A stretch of 64,000 bases of DNA from a virus (Duplodnaviria > Caudoviricetes). Below the pieces are notes generated by a model, which saw only the letters and a program-made list of their open reading frames with translations, was not told where the DNA came from and did not search any database. The position numbers and the translations under genes are program-made. The stretch is taken from positions 96,001 through 160,000 of IMG/VR virus record IMGVR_UViG_3300011862_000001; one strand, 5' to 3'. Below, piece after piece: positions 1 to 10,275 of the stretch (the stretch's first letter is position 1; each line of letters starts with the position of its first letter).

Positions 1-34
1 CGTTCCCCGTAAACACATTACTTAAGGATTAGCC

Positions 35-541
35 ATGAGCGAAGTCAAATCTACCGAAACCCAGGCGGTGAAACCGTCTACTGTTGAACGTGCCTCCTCG
101 CCGAACTACGGCCAGGAAGACCAGTATCAGGTCAAGCTGATTGCCGGGATGCTCGATGAAGCCGGTAATACCGTGGGCCGTAGCAAGTCCCCGAAAAAAG
201 AGCTGGAAGATGCTGCTTATACCAAGCTGCACTCGGCGTTTCGTAATCTGTTCCAGTTACGCGGTCAGCCGTTCCTGGATGGCTTTGCCGCGTTTGTCGA
301 TGCGGTTAACAAATACCCGAACGGTATCTTCTTCATCTCACTGGTGAATAAGCACCTGGATATGTTTGCCGATCGCAATGAGCGTGAAACCTTTATGGTA
401 TTCATCAACATGACGGTGCGCTTTGCTCGCTCTGCGAACAAGCAAAACTTCGCGACCAGCAATAACGTTGAACGCTTGGTTAACCGGGTGACCGACCCAG
501 AGCTACAAGCCCTGTTGCGCTACGCCTTCCTGGCAGCCTAA
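35..541 (+). CDS. Hypothetical phage protein (168 aa)
   Basis: AAGGA SD before ATG; ends at a bidirectional terminator. Confidence 0.8.
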   Translation: MSEVKSTETQAVKPSTVERASSPNYGQEDQYQVKLIAGMLDEAGNTVGRSKSPKKELEDAAYTKLHSAFRNLFQLRGQPFLDGFAAFVDAVNKYPNGIFFISLVNKHLDMFADRNERETFMVFINMTVRFARSANKQNFATSNNVERLVNRVTDPELQALLRYAFLAA

Positions 542-590
542 AAAAAAATAAAAGAGCCTCACTACCCTTAGGTAGTGAGGTTTTCTTTTT
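541..590. terminator. Bidirectional intrinsic terminator
   Basis: CCTCACTACC-CTTA-GGTAGTGAGG (557-580) flanked by A- and T-tracts between convergent genes. Confidence 0.85.
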
Positions 591-2368
591 TAAAAGCCGT
601 CGGCGTATTCCTTCGGCGGTTCACTGTTAGCAACCCGCGCATTGAACACTTCAAGCACCGTGTCTTTATCCGGTAACAAGAAGAAGTTGTTGGCGATATC
701 CATGGCATTCACACGACCCGCAGTCAGGTTAACCCCCGCACGACGACGCATCTCCTCAGAGACCCCGTGCACCGACAACAGTTCAATCAACGTGGTTTCA
801 CGCGATTGGTTCATCATGTTGGTGGCAGACGGGTACGCCTGGGTTAAGTCGGCATCGGCGGTTTGTCCACGGAATGCCGAATAGAACTGCGGCAACTCCT
901 TCAAGACGTTAAGACCGTTCTCGCTGTTCATACACGCCGTCAGGGTAACAATCCATCCGGTGGTACTGATAACCTCATCGTCGTATTCGTTACGCATCGC
1001 AGAACCCACACAGCCAATGACCAGGTCTTGGGCATACAGGTAGTAGGTAAAGGCAATGCAGATTCGCTTCGGTAACGACGGGAAGATATCATACATCGAG
1101 TAACCGGCGAGAATCGAAATCGCCGAAGAGAGGTCGTTGGTCTTTTTGTCGAGTAACACAATCATCAGGTTATCGAAGATGTTGTAGACACAATACTCGA
1201 GTGAAAAGTCCCGCTGGGCACGTAAGTGCCACTCCAGCTTCTCTTCGTACGGTAACCCGGGGATATCAAGCTTGTTTAAGCCAAGCTCGGTATCGAGAAT
1301 GGCGTTAAGCTTATACGAGGGACGCTGACCTTCGTGCACACGCAGTGAACGGAACAGGCTCATGGCATCGACGAAATAGAATGACGCCATGCAGTACAGA
1401 ACGTGCCACTGTTGTGACGGTGCTTTGGTAAGCGACTTGGACTCTGTTTCTCGAGACGCCAGGTCTTTCTTAAACCACACACGGCGATACTTCTCCGGCA
1501 CCGAAGGGTGAGAGAACACGTCTTCCGGACGAATACCCGAACGGTCAAGCGCTTCCATCATGCGTGAGATATCGAACTCGTGGTTCCAGGCGACCATCAA
1601 ATCCGGTAAGCGTGGGTGAATCTCTTCAAACATACGCTGTACGCACAGCCCTGAGTTTAAACACTCGTAGGTGAAGATTTTATACCCAGCCAACACGTCT
1701 TTGGTAACGATCTCTATCTCGTCGGTCTTTTTGTTTTTCTCCCGGAAGGTGATTTTTGAAAGCAGCTCCTGGGCTTTACTCACCAGGCGGTCTTCCCAGC
1801 CTTTGCCCATGCGCATGGCGTAATCTTTGGTGCAGAAGAAGTGAATCTCGTCGTCGAGCACAAAGCTCATCAACCACGGGTCGCGGCTTTTATCTTCTTC
1901 GCGCGTCTCAACGTCATAGACGCAGAGTCGGTTTGGGGTAACACCGTCTGGCCATTTGGCCAGATACTTTTGTTTAATCCAACTGGTGACCGGTAAGTCC
2001 GCCCAGTAGACGTAGGGGGACGTGCATACCTGTCGCAGCTTCTTACGTGGGTCAGGGAACGACGCCCCCAATCCCATCTGGAGTGCATTGGCCATGTTAA
2101 CATCGGTTGTCATTATCTCCTGGCATTTGCCTTTCTGTTCGTATTCTTTTTTCTCTTTGTGATTACGAAACTCTTTGCGGGTAACGTACACCGGACGTCG
2201 CACGTTTTCTTTACCAAAGATGTGCGGGATACGGCGTCCATCCTTAGTATGGATGACCTCTTTGACGAGGACATAATCGTTTTGTTGTTCATCATCGGTC
2301 GCGTAGGCAACATGCTTACACTCTTTGGAAACTACATCCTCAGGGTGATAATAGCGATTGTCTTCCAT
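590..2368 (-). CDS. Split family-B DNA polymerase, N-terminal subunit (3'-5' exonuclease plus motif A)
   Basis: ExoI YDVETRE, ExoII AWNHEFD, ExoIII YNIFD, motif A DADLTQAYPS; no recognisable motif C; split PolB is typical of phiKZ-like phages. Confidence 0.85.
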   Translation of the reverse strand: MEDNRYYHPEDVVSKECKHVAYATDDEQQNDYVLVKEVIHTKDGRRIPHIFGKENVRRPVYVTRKEFRNHKEKKEYEQKGKCQEIMTTDVNMANALQMGLGASFPDPRKKLRQVCTSPYVYWADLPVTSWIKQKYLAKWPDGVTPNRLCVYDVETREEDKSRDPWLMSFVLDDEIHFFCTKDYAMRMGKGWEDRLVSKAQELLSKITFREKNKKTDEIEIVTKDVLAGYKIFTYECLNSGLCVQRMFEEIHPRLPDLMVAWNHEFDISRMMEALDRSGIRPEDVFSHPSVPEKYRRVWFKKDLASRETESKSLTKAPSQQWHVLYCMASFYFVDAMSLFRSLRVHEGQRPSYKLNAILDTELGLNKLDIPGLPYEEKLEWHLRAQRDFSLEYCVYNIFDNLMIVLLDKKTNDLSSAISILAGYSMYDIFPSLPKRICIAFTYYLYAQDLVIGCVGSAMRNEYDDEVISTTGWIVTLTACMNSENGLNVLKELPQFYSAFRGQTADADLTQAYPSATNMMNQSRETTLIELLSVHGVSEEMRRRAGVNLTAGRVNAMDIANNFFLLPDKDTVLEVFNARVANSEPPKEYADGF

Positions 2369-2442
2369 CGGTTCTCTCTCATCGACTCATCTTCTATAAT
2401 GATCGGTGGTGACGTAAAAAATTTCTACAAAGGAACGCCAAC

Positions 2443-3795
2443 ATGGGTCACTGGTCCAGACATGCACAAACGGTAGCCGAGTTAAAACTCGTCGCGGCCG
2501 AGTCGATTAAATTTCAAGATAAGAAAAAGCTCGCCACGTTAGCAGACATTGTGGCCCGCTTCCAAGCTGCCGGGGACTACTCCCTGAACGCGTATGATAC
2601 CTCTGGGATTGCCGAATGGGCGCAAACCAATACCGGTATCGGTATTAAGCTGTGCTCGGGGGCCGAGCTCGGTCTTGAGCGTGAACTGTTTGCAGCGGTA
2701 ATGCCGCCACAGCTCGATACCAACAACCCTATCGTTGCCGATTTGCAACGGGTGATGTATCAGGGTAACAAAGACCTCGACCTGTACAGTAAGTTCCTCA
2801 GAGACAATGAGCTGAACGGCGAGTTCGATGACAGTAACGCCATGATTAAAGGTGACCTCAGCAAAATCACCAGCCCGCTGTATGTCACCCCGATGGTCTT
2901 TAAAGGTCGCGCTGAACTGACGGCGTATGAAATCGCTGCCATTATCCTGCACGAACTGGGACACGTTTACTGGTATCTGCGTACCCTGATGCGTGGCGTG
3001 GTGGTCAACCTGATTGCCGATGCTGCGGCTAACCGCATGATGCAAATGGATTCCCCGCAAGAGAAGCTGCGTGTGGTGAAAGATGTTGAGCGCATGCTGA
3101 ACACCAAAATCAACCAACCGGAAACCATCTGCAACGAGTACAAGAAAGAAAACATGTACATGCACCTGGTGACCCAGACGCTGCTCGAGCGCCCGAACAT
3201 CACCGGGGGTCGTGGTTTCGGTAACCGTAGCTGGGAACGTGCCGCCGATGACTTCGCCGCCCGCTTTGGTGCCGCACCGCAACTGGCGTCTGCGCTGTAC
3301 AAGATGGAAATGTCGGACTGGTGGATTTTCCGTAACAACTCCTACACCAACATCTATACCCATATGGTCGCTGAACTGATTAACGTGTCTTGGCTGATTG
3401 TCACCATGACCTCACCGCTCGGGGTGCTTATTGGCTCTATTAGCATCATGTTCGGTTTGATAACCAACGACCCAGGCAACACCACGTATGACCCACCGCA
3501 GGAGCGTTTTGAAGCCCTGCGTCGTAATCTGGTCGAAGAGTTGAACACCTTAAAAGGCGTCAACACCAAACCGGCAAACGAACAGCGTCAGCGTTGCCTG
3601 AACGGCATTGCCCAGCTCGACCAGATTCTCAAAACCGTGAAGGACAAAGACAACCTGTACTCCTTTGTTCTGAAAACCCTTACCCCGACTGGCCGTAAAG
3701 AACGCGCCGCTGTGGACTATCAGCGCCAGCTGGAAAGCTATCTGTCTAACGACTTGCGGATTGCCTCAGCTCGTCTGCAAGCGCACGCCAGCTAA
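2443..3795 (+). CDS. Virion head protein with M48-like zinc metallopeptidase motifs (SPN3US gp45-like)
   Basis: HELGH, ERAADDFA, hydrophobic segments, AAE-20 candidate protease site; synteny. Confidence 0.7.
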   Translation: MGHWSRHAQTVAELKLVAAESIKFQDKKKLATLADIVARFQAAGDYSLNAYDTSGIAEWAQTNTGIGIKLCSGAELGLERELFAAVMPPQLDTNNPIVADLQRVMYQGNKDLDLYSKFLRDNELNGEFDDSNAMIKGDLSKITSPLYVTPMVFKGRAELTAYEIAAIILHELGHVYWYLRTLMRGVVVNLIADAAANRMMQMDSPQEKLRVVKDVERMLNTKINQPETICNEYKKENMYMHLVTQTLLERPNITGGRGFGNRSWERAADDFAARFGAAPQLASALYKMEMSDWWIFRNNSYTNIYTHMVAELINVSWLIVTMTSPLGVLIGSISIMFGLITNDPGNTTYDPPQERFEALRRNLVEELNTLKGVNTKPANEQRQRCLNGIAQLDQILKTVKDKDNLYSFVLKTLTPTGRKERAAVDYQRQLESYLSNDLRIASARLQAHAS

Positions 3796-3817
3796 GACTT
3801 ACTGAAAAGGTATTATC

Positions 3818-4252
3818 ATGACACATAAACTCTCATTAAACAGCCTGGTGCTGGATTACAAACGTGCAACGGAAGGCAAAGGGGTAGAGTCTACCCGTGC
3901 ACTGACCGCTATCGTGGCCTTTTCCCTGGCCTATAGCGTGCCGCTGCCAGACAATGGCCCGTACGGCTCCTCAGAAGCCATCAGCGTGTGTCTGCGCCCG
4001 GTAATGAACTCTCTGGTCTCTGATGTCAATGAGCTCTACTGCATTGATTTGGGTGCCATTGACGACCTTACCATCGCCATGTACTGCAACCGCTACGATG
4101 CCGCTCACGGTGGTCGTCGTGCCCTGGAAGCTTACTCCGTTAAACAAATGGTTGACGAGAGCTTCGGCGAAGATGTGTGGTCTACCACACTGTTGTGGTG
4201 TGAACGCTTTATGGACGCCACGCATTTTTACCTCAGTGAGATGAAGGGGTAA
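3818..4252 (+). CDS. Putative virion protein (gp46-like)
   Basis: AAAGG SD; position in head operon. Confidence 0.65.
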   Translation: MTHKLSLNSLVLDYKRATEGKGVESTRALTAIVAFSLAYSVPLPDNGPYGSSEAISVCLRPVMNSLVSDVNELYCIDLGAIDDLTIAMYCNRYDAAHGGRRALEAYSVKQMVDESFGEDVWSTTLLWCERFMDATHFYLSEMKG

Positions 4253-4255
4253 GCC

Positions 4256-5989
4256 ATGACAAGCATGACCATGGTAGGGGGGCTGGTCGCTCCCGCCCCG
4301 CAGTGGCGGTTAGGCGAAATGGGGCAATTGCTCCACGACCATTTGAACACCAAAATCGAAAGCCTTGACCAGTTAACGCTCTACCTCCAACGTAACGATG
4401 CCGACATGCTGTACGGCAGTCGTCTGTTGGCACAGCTGGATGCGATTTTGGATGACGTGCGTCAAAACGGCATCTCGCGTGACTTAGCTGTTGCGGTGGA
4501 ATCGTCTCGCCCGGGGACTATCCCGGCCAACGTGCGTAAGGTACTGACCTCCAACTACACCCGTACGCACCAGAAAGAAACTCTGGTTGCGCTGGAAAGT
4601 TGGCGTGAAGCTGGCAAGCTCGGCTTAGTGATTCTGGTGGTGGTTGCCATCATGAAGATGCTGAGCTGGATTTTGGGCAGCAGCAGTGGTTACGCAGGCT
4701 CCGGTGCGTTGTCTGAAAAATCCGCTGACATTCCGGCGTTCCAGGAAAAAGCCAAAGAGACCACCCAAAAGGTTGCTGCGAAGTTACCGCCGAAAGAAAA
4801 GACCAACTTCTTAGGCGTGGCAGAAGGGCTTAAGAGTGGTTCGGTATTAGCCGCGTACAATGCCGTGTACGAGAAGACCAGCGATAAGATGAAAATCTCT
4901 CGCCAGCTTGATGTGGCCGCACTGAAACTCGATGCCGCAATGCGTCGTGTCGAAGGCGCTATCATGATTGACGCCATTTCATCGATTCGCAAGAAGTCGG
5001 TGTTTGAAGACCTGTTCCAGGGCTACGTGGATGGGGATAAAGAAGTGTCACCGAACAGCGTCATTGAAGATGCCGTCTCTGTGATGCTCGGTACGCTCCA
5101 TCTGGGTGATGCGGTCTTCACCGACGGGGGCGCTAAGAAAATCACCGCGTTTATTCCTGAGAATATCCGCAAACGTGGGGTGCGTGCACCGTCTGAGACC
5201 ATGTTTGAAGTGGTGAACAACCGCTTTATGGAACTCAACTACTACTTCGGTAATCTCCTGACCGGTTTCCGTCGTCTGCGTAAGCTCGATATGAGTAACA
5301 TCAACACAGTCAACTGGAGCATGCACCTTATCGGGCCAGAAATGGGTGACGCGATTCGTGAAATGAACGAATTCGTGAGTACCGTTATTCCAGACGTCAG
5401 TCGCAGCGGTGTGCGGGTCGATACCGTACCAACCATGGCAATGACTGAAGCCCAGGCGCGTACCATGATAGGCTACGGCGAACCGATTGAGTTCCTGGCT
5501 GGCAAAGTGTTGGTGGTCGGTGGCTACGAGTCGTTCTTAAACTCCGCGTCCTTTAACATCATCCGTCAAGAAATGTCGCTCAGCGATTCCGACAGTCAAT
5601 CCCTGTTGGGTGCGGTGTGTCAGATGGCGGTGGTGAAGAACATCTCACGCAATACCCGTGTCACGGAAATGGCCGGTTACCAGAAGCTTGAGAAAGCGGT
5701 CAGCGTGCTGATTAACGAACTGGAAGCCTTCTCCAAAGATGCCCAACGTAACCGCCAGGGTGATGCGATTAACGTCATCAGCCGTGGGGTCATGGAAGTC
5801 ATCAAAGAAGAAAACCCCAACTCGTTAAACGTGGGCCGGGAAATGTCGATGGAATACATGGACAACCCGGACTTCTTCGCTGTGTTGCGTAAGCAGTTAG
5901 GCTACGTGCGCCATGTCTGTCGTGGGGTGGTCGGGTTAAACCGCATCGTCTCTGCCTCGGCACACAACTTCTTGCTCCATAAAGGCTAA
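4256..5989 (+). CDS. Processed virion head protein (gp47-like)
   Basis: AVES and ALES motifs followed by hydrophobic helix LGLVILVVVAIMKMLSWILG; true start may be 4265. Confidence 0.7.
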   Translation: MTSMTMVGGLVAPAPQWRLGEMGQLLHDHLNTKIESLDQLTLYLQRNDADMLYGSRLLAQLDAILDDVRQNGISRDLAVAVESSRPGTIPANVRKVLTSNYTRTHQKETLVALESWREAGKLGLVILVVVAIMKMLSWILGSSSGYAGSGALSEKSADIPAFQEKAKETTQKVAAKLPPKEKTNFLGVAEGLKSGSVLAAYNAVYEKTSDKMKISRQLDVAALKLDAAMRRVEGAIMIDAISSIRKKSVFEDLFQGYVDGDKEVSPNSVIEDAVSVMLGTLHLGDAVFTDGGAKKITAFIPENIRKRGVRAPSETMFEVVNNRFMELNYYFGNLLTGFRRLRKLDMSNINTVNWSMHLIGPEMGDAIREMNEFVSTVIPDVSRSGVRVDTVPTMAMTEAQARTMIGYGEPIEFLAGKVLVVGGYESFLNSASFNIIRQEMSLSDSDSQSLLGAVCQMAVVKNISRNTRVTEMAGYQKLEKAVSVLINELEAFSKDAQRNRQGDAINVISRGVMEVIKEENPNSLNVGREMSMEYMDNPDFFAVLRKQLGYVRHVCRGVVGLNRIVSASAHNFLLHKG

Positions 5990-6040
5990 GAAAAAAAAGA
6001 CCTACCCACTCCCGAAGGAGTGGGTAGACTTTTATTTTAT
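5990..6040. terminator. Bidirectional intrinsic terminator
   Basis: CTACCCACTCC-CGAA-GGAGTGGGTAG with A/T tracts between convergent genes. Confidence 0.85.
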
Positions 6041-8982
6041 TTGCTGTCGGTGTCGTGACGGTTAAACGCCGTCACAATATCGTCGACCAGACCGATACTG
6101 CCGTTGGCTTCAATCGCCAGTTTCTTACCGACGGTGACTTGGGCGGAGTCTTCCACCACGGTGAATAAGCGCATGTCCTGGTCAGGCCCCATGTTGCCAA
6201 GCTCCACGCCGATAATCAGTCCGGTGAGGTTATCGCTAAGCAAACGACCGAGTTCTGTGGCAGAGATGGTGCGATGACTGGACAGGTAGCTGTTGATGAC
6301 CTGCGAGGTCTTTTTCTTAATCACGTTAATCACATCGGTGTTCTGACGGTTAGCCACCGTGAGGTAGTATTTCACCGTGAACTGGTTCTCCGCCGGAATC
6401 GGTGTTACCGTACCGTCTTCAGTACGGGCATCGATATACCCCATGGTGGTAATCGGCACGAAGAACGCTTCCGTACGCTCCAGTAAGTTACCTTGCAGTG
6501 AAGGCATGACGTCGGTTATCTGTTTGACCAGGAACCCAATCACTTCTTCGAGGTACTTTTGCACCTCTTCACTGTTGGCAAACTTATACCGGGCATCGAA
6601 CACCGCCATTTCGCTCCTAAAACGAATGCTACGCGGTTTTGCAATGATAGCCTTGCCATTGCTATCAAACTTCTGCTCACCGGCGTAGTGGGCGATTTCC
6701 TGCACCCCATTGGCATCGAGCTTCGGGTCACCTTTACGGTGCAGGTAGACCAGTTGCACCGGTGGGGTTTGGGTTTCGTCAATCACATACTCCGGCACCC
6801 CGTTGGCATTGGTCTTGATTACGTCGTCGCCCCAGTAGGCCAGCTCATCCTGCTCGTAGAACTCGTAGTTGATGCTGTCGGTTACCGCACGCGCTTTACG
6901 CCAGTAAGCTGATAAGGCTTTACCGAGCTCAAGCTTAAAGACTTCATGGGTAATCCCAATTGCATCACGCGACGGCGGGACAATCACCGTGTCCATATCG
7001 ACCCGTTCGTAATTCTTCGGGTAATAGGCCGTACAGCCGTAGAACACGTTAAAGTCCTGCAACAGTGCCACCGGTACGTCAACCGGGTTAGTCGAGGTGA
7101 TACGGGCATTGGTGAGAACCAGCTCGTCGTTACGGTCAACGTCAAGGTTGGTTTCTAACGGGAATTCCCACACGCGCTCACTGCCTTGCTTGCCGACTAA
7201 TGTACCGTTGATGTAGGCGACATTCTCCCCGTTACGTGGAGTAAAGGAAAGCTGGGCAAACACCTGGTCATCAGAGAGCGCTTGATACGGCGGTTCTGAC
7301 TTCGTGACTGTGCGTAGCACATAGCCCCGTTCGGTCATCAGGATTTGATGGTCAGCAGTGACCACAGACAACTCGGTACTGATGTTGGTGCTGATAAAGC
7401 GTTTGCTGGCAAGCGTTGGCTTATCGAGCTGGTAGATACGCACGTCAATGGCGTTGTTGTTGATATCCAGCACGTAGTGGAACGGGGTGAACAGATACGT
7501 TGCCGCATTGCCTGCCACCACCAGGTCGTTCTTACGCATGGTACGGAACAACTCGGTCATCGTCGCATCAACCGCCAGGGCACTGCCGTCGAACTTATAA
7601 ATGGTTCCCGGCAATACCGTCATGCGGTTATCGTTAATGCGCACCGTTGAGAGCTGTGCTAACTCATCCCAGCTGAAATACAGCGGACTGGTCACTGCAC
7701 CAATTGCTGAGCTCACTTTGGAGAGCGAGGACGCCGGTAGTGGCGTGGACATCAAATACGTACGCGAGGTCACGTAGTCGATAGCATTATACAACGACAA
7801 CCCGTAGTCGTTCGCCACGACCGCTACTTGCTTATCGGTAATCGGTAACTGACGAGCACCGACGGCATTATCTACCACCCGTTGCCGCAACTGCTCAAAG
7901 CTTAGGTTGGTCCGCCCCCCAGTGGTACGTGAGCCTTCTTCGGCAATCAGCTGCACGATAGAGAACGATTTCAACGGCGTCCAATACGAGCCATCCACTT
8001 CGTCGTTCAAATCACGCAGGTTCCAGGAGAACTCATCCAGCGTATACGCGGATAAGTCAATGTCAAGCGGGCCAAGCGTGGTGTAGATATCCAGGCGAAT
8101 CTCACCGGAGACTAAGCCGGTATTGAGATACACCGACGGAATGGTACACAACAGCTGGTTACCGTTGACCTGAATCAAGGCGGTCGCCACATTCGGGTCG
8201 TAGACATCACGACTGTGGGTGTGCTGGATTTCTACCCAACCAGTACCGTTCGGTAAATGCTGCCAGACGCGAGCGTAGTAGAACTTGTTGGTAAAGTCAC
8301 GCACCATCTGAAAGGTGTTGTTACCGGTTGTGGTATCGCTGTGGGATTTCACATCGTACTGCATCACTGGGATATTGATACGTAGTAACAACGACGTGGT
8401 GGTCGGCGAGGAACCGAGTTCCCAGTCCAGGGCGTTGGTGGAAACCGGAGCAATCGGTGATTGGTTCTCGGTAATCCACAACACCTGAAACGCCGGGTTC
8501 TCCGGTGTCCCGTAAGGCAGCACACGAATCTCAATCGGGTATTGAATCGAGAAGGTGTAGCCTGCGACCTTAAACTGGGTGTCACGCGGAATCACTACCT
8601 TACGCACCCCGGCAAACTGCAACGGCATCGCTTTGGCCATCAGCGAGTCGACATCGATAATCAGCTGCAAGCCAGTAGACGCCGGTTGGGCGAAGACGTC
8701 AATGTAGTCGACGTCCGACATGTGACGATATAAGTCGTCCATGTTTTGTGCCATCGAGGGAAACACACGCGGTACGGTAGCACGACAGCCTTCGATGGAA
8801 GCATGGGCCAAGGTTACCCCGGCTTCAGCCAAAAACACCACCGGGTCGGTGGGGTCGAGTAACGTAATGTTGTTGGCGCTGTCCTGCGCTTGACTCAGCT
8901 GGTTTAACAGCAGCGTTTGCATGGCTGCTGGGTTGTGCGCCAGCACCACCAGGTTATTCGAAAGGGTTTGCATGGTATCCAT
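6037..8982 (-). CDS. Large virion structural protein, probably baseplate/tail (gp48-like)
   Basis: 981 aa from MDTMQ; start overlaps upstream stop (TGATG); beta-rich; synteny. Confidence 0.65.
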   Translation of the reverse strand: MDTMQTLSNNLVVLAHNPAAMQTLLLNQLSQAQDSANNITLLDPTDPVVFLAEAGVTLAHASIEGCRATVPRVFPSMAQNMDDLYRHMSDVDYIDVFAQPASTGLQLIIDVDSLMAKAMPLQFAGVRKVVIPRDTQFKVAGYTFSIQYPIEIRVLPYGTPENPAFQVLWITENQSPIAPVSTNALDWELGSSPTTTSLLLRINIPVMQYDVKSHSDTTTGNNTFQMVRDFTNKFYYARVWQHLPNGTGWVEIQHTHSRDVYDPNVATALIQVNGNQLLCTIPSVYLNTGLVSGEIRLDIYTTLGPLDIDLSAYTLDEFSWNLRDLNDEVDGSYWTPLKSFSIVQLIAEEGSRTTGGRTNLSFEQLRQRVVDNAVGARQLPITDKQVAVVANDYGLSLYNAIDYVTSRTYLMSTPLPASSLSKVSSAIGAVTSPLYFSWDELAQLSTVRINDNRMTVLPGTIYKFDGSALAVDATMTELFRTMRKNDLVVAGNAATYLFTPFHYVLDINNNAIDVRIYQLDKPTLASKRFISTNISTELSVVTADHQILMTERGYVLRTVTKSEPPYQALSDDQVFAQLSFTPRNGENVAYINGTLVGKQGSERVWEFPLETNLDVDRNDELVLTNARITSTNPVDVPVALLQDFNVFYGCTAYYPKNYERVDMDTVIVPPSRDAIGITHEVFKLELGKALSAYWRKARAVTDSINYEFYEQDELAYWGDDVIKTNANGVPEYVIDETQTPPVQLVYLHRKGDPKLDANGVQEIAHYAGEQKFDSNGKAIIAKPRSIRFRSEMAVFDARYKFANSEEVQKYLEEVIGFLVKQITDVMPSLQGNLLERTEAFFVPITTMGYIDARTEDGTVTPIPAENQFTVKYYLTVANRQNTDVINVIKKKTSQVINSYLSSHRTISATELGRLLSDNLTGLIIGVELGNMGPDQDMRLFTVVEDSAQVTVGKKLAIEANGSIGLVDDIVTAFNRHDTDSK

Positions 8983-10247
8983 CAGATAAGTCCTGCCTTT
9001 TTCATGATACGTTGGAAATCGACCTGGTACACCCACCACGTCAGTTTACGGCGTACCGAATCGATATGCGGATAACCGTAATAGTTAAACAGTGGCAGCG
9101 CCTGAGGCGGTACCTGTATCATCACGTCCTGACCCTGCGGGATAAAATTACCGCTACGCACCGCATCCGCAGTCGGGGCCATGTCCGGGTTGAAATACGA
9201 TACCGTGGCGTTAAACATGTCCATGTACAACGGGTCATCGTAACGGGCCCCGATACACTGCCATTGTAACGAGATGGTGGTGTCATCGTTTAACTGTGGC
9301 TTGGTGTTATCGACCTGCGCCATTTGCCCGGCGTTGTTGTTCATCGGCCAGGCTACACAGGCCGTCCAGAAACGCACGATGTTGCCAAGTGGGTCTAAAC
9401 GCATCCCGTAGATACGAGATTGGTAATCGATACGCCGTTGGATGGAGTTACGCATCTTCGGCATAAAGCGCCCTTCTTTCACACCGGACATGTACTCTAC
9501 CCAGATACTGGCTAAGCGCATCACGGCGTTACCGTAGGGGTTAATCAGCGAGGTAGATAAGCTGTATTGGTAGTTCACCTCGTGGGTGGAATCGACCATG
9601 CCCCACTGTTCGCGCTTGATACCTTCATCCGACATCCAGTTATCAACCGACTCATCAGGCATCCCCGACAGACTGACCAATTGGGTCGAGAGTAATGGTA
9701 TGAATGCTTGCAAGTTATCAAACGGGATATCCGGCATAAATGGTGTACCCAGCCGATTACGGCGACGACCTTTGCTGTCGCGTGGATCATCAGCAAACCC
9801 CAATTCAAAATCGGGGTCAAGGGCGGCCAGCAACGAATAATCCAAAGACGACTTGGGCTGCATGGCCATATTCGAAAAGCGGCGCGAGTTGGCAATATTG
9901 TTATACGTGAGATTGAAGTCGGGTCGGGTAAAGAAGGTCAAGCCACCGTATTCGCGGTTCACCGGAATAGGGTTGTTGGCCATCATATGGTTGAATCCCA
10001 TGAGGGGATTGGTCATCCGCTGCGCAGCGATACCTAAACCGACTGTCATGCGAATTCGGTCCTGCCACGCCGACAACTCGTCTTCCAGCCCCATGCGTGA
10101 GGGCGGTTGAGTGGTCGAATTCCGAGCATCAAAATACCCTGTTAGCTTTGGGACGGCCTCCGCACTAGGGGGGTTCGGGATATCGTAATTGATGTCCGTG
10201 TTCGGATCAAAATTAGGATCGTTCTTTTGTTCAGTCTCGTTACTCAT
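8982..10247 (-). CDS. Virion structural protein (gp49-like; possibly tube/baseplate-hub related)
   Basis: 421 aa, GGAG SD, coupled to the next gene; synteny. Confidence 0.6.
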   Translation of the reverse strand: MSNETEQKNDPNFDPNTDINYDIPNPPSAEAVPKLTGYFDARNSTTQPPSRMGLEDELSAWQDRIRMTVGLGIAAQRMTNPLMGFNHMMANNPIPVNREYGGLTFFTRPDFNLTYNNIANSRRFSNMAMQPKSSLDYSLLAALDPDFELGFADDPRDSKGRRRNRLGTPFMPDIPFDNLQAFIPLLSTQLVSLSGMPDESVDNWMSDEGIKREQWGMVDSTHEVNYQYSLSTSLINPYGNAVMRLASIWVEYMSGVKEGRFMPKMRNSIQRRIDYQSRIYGMRLDPLGNIVRFWTACVAWPMNNNAGQMAQVDNTKPQLNDDTTISLQWQCIGARYDDPLYMDMFNATVSYFNPDMAPTADAVRSGNFIPQGQDVMIQVPPQALPLFNYYGYPHIDSVRRKLTWWVYQVDFQRIMKKAGLI

Positions 10248-10252
10248 TCAAA

Positions 10253-10268
10253 TTTACTCCGGAGTAAA
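10253..10268. promoter_or_regulatory. Perfect 16-bp palindrome giving a GGAG RBS on both strands
   Basis: TTTACTCCGGAGTAAA between divergent ATGs at 10247(-) and 10276(+). Confidence 0.75.
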
Positions 10269-10275
10269 GTACAAA

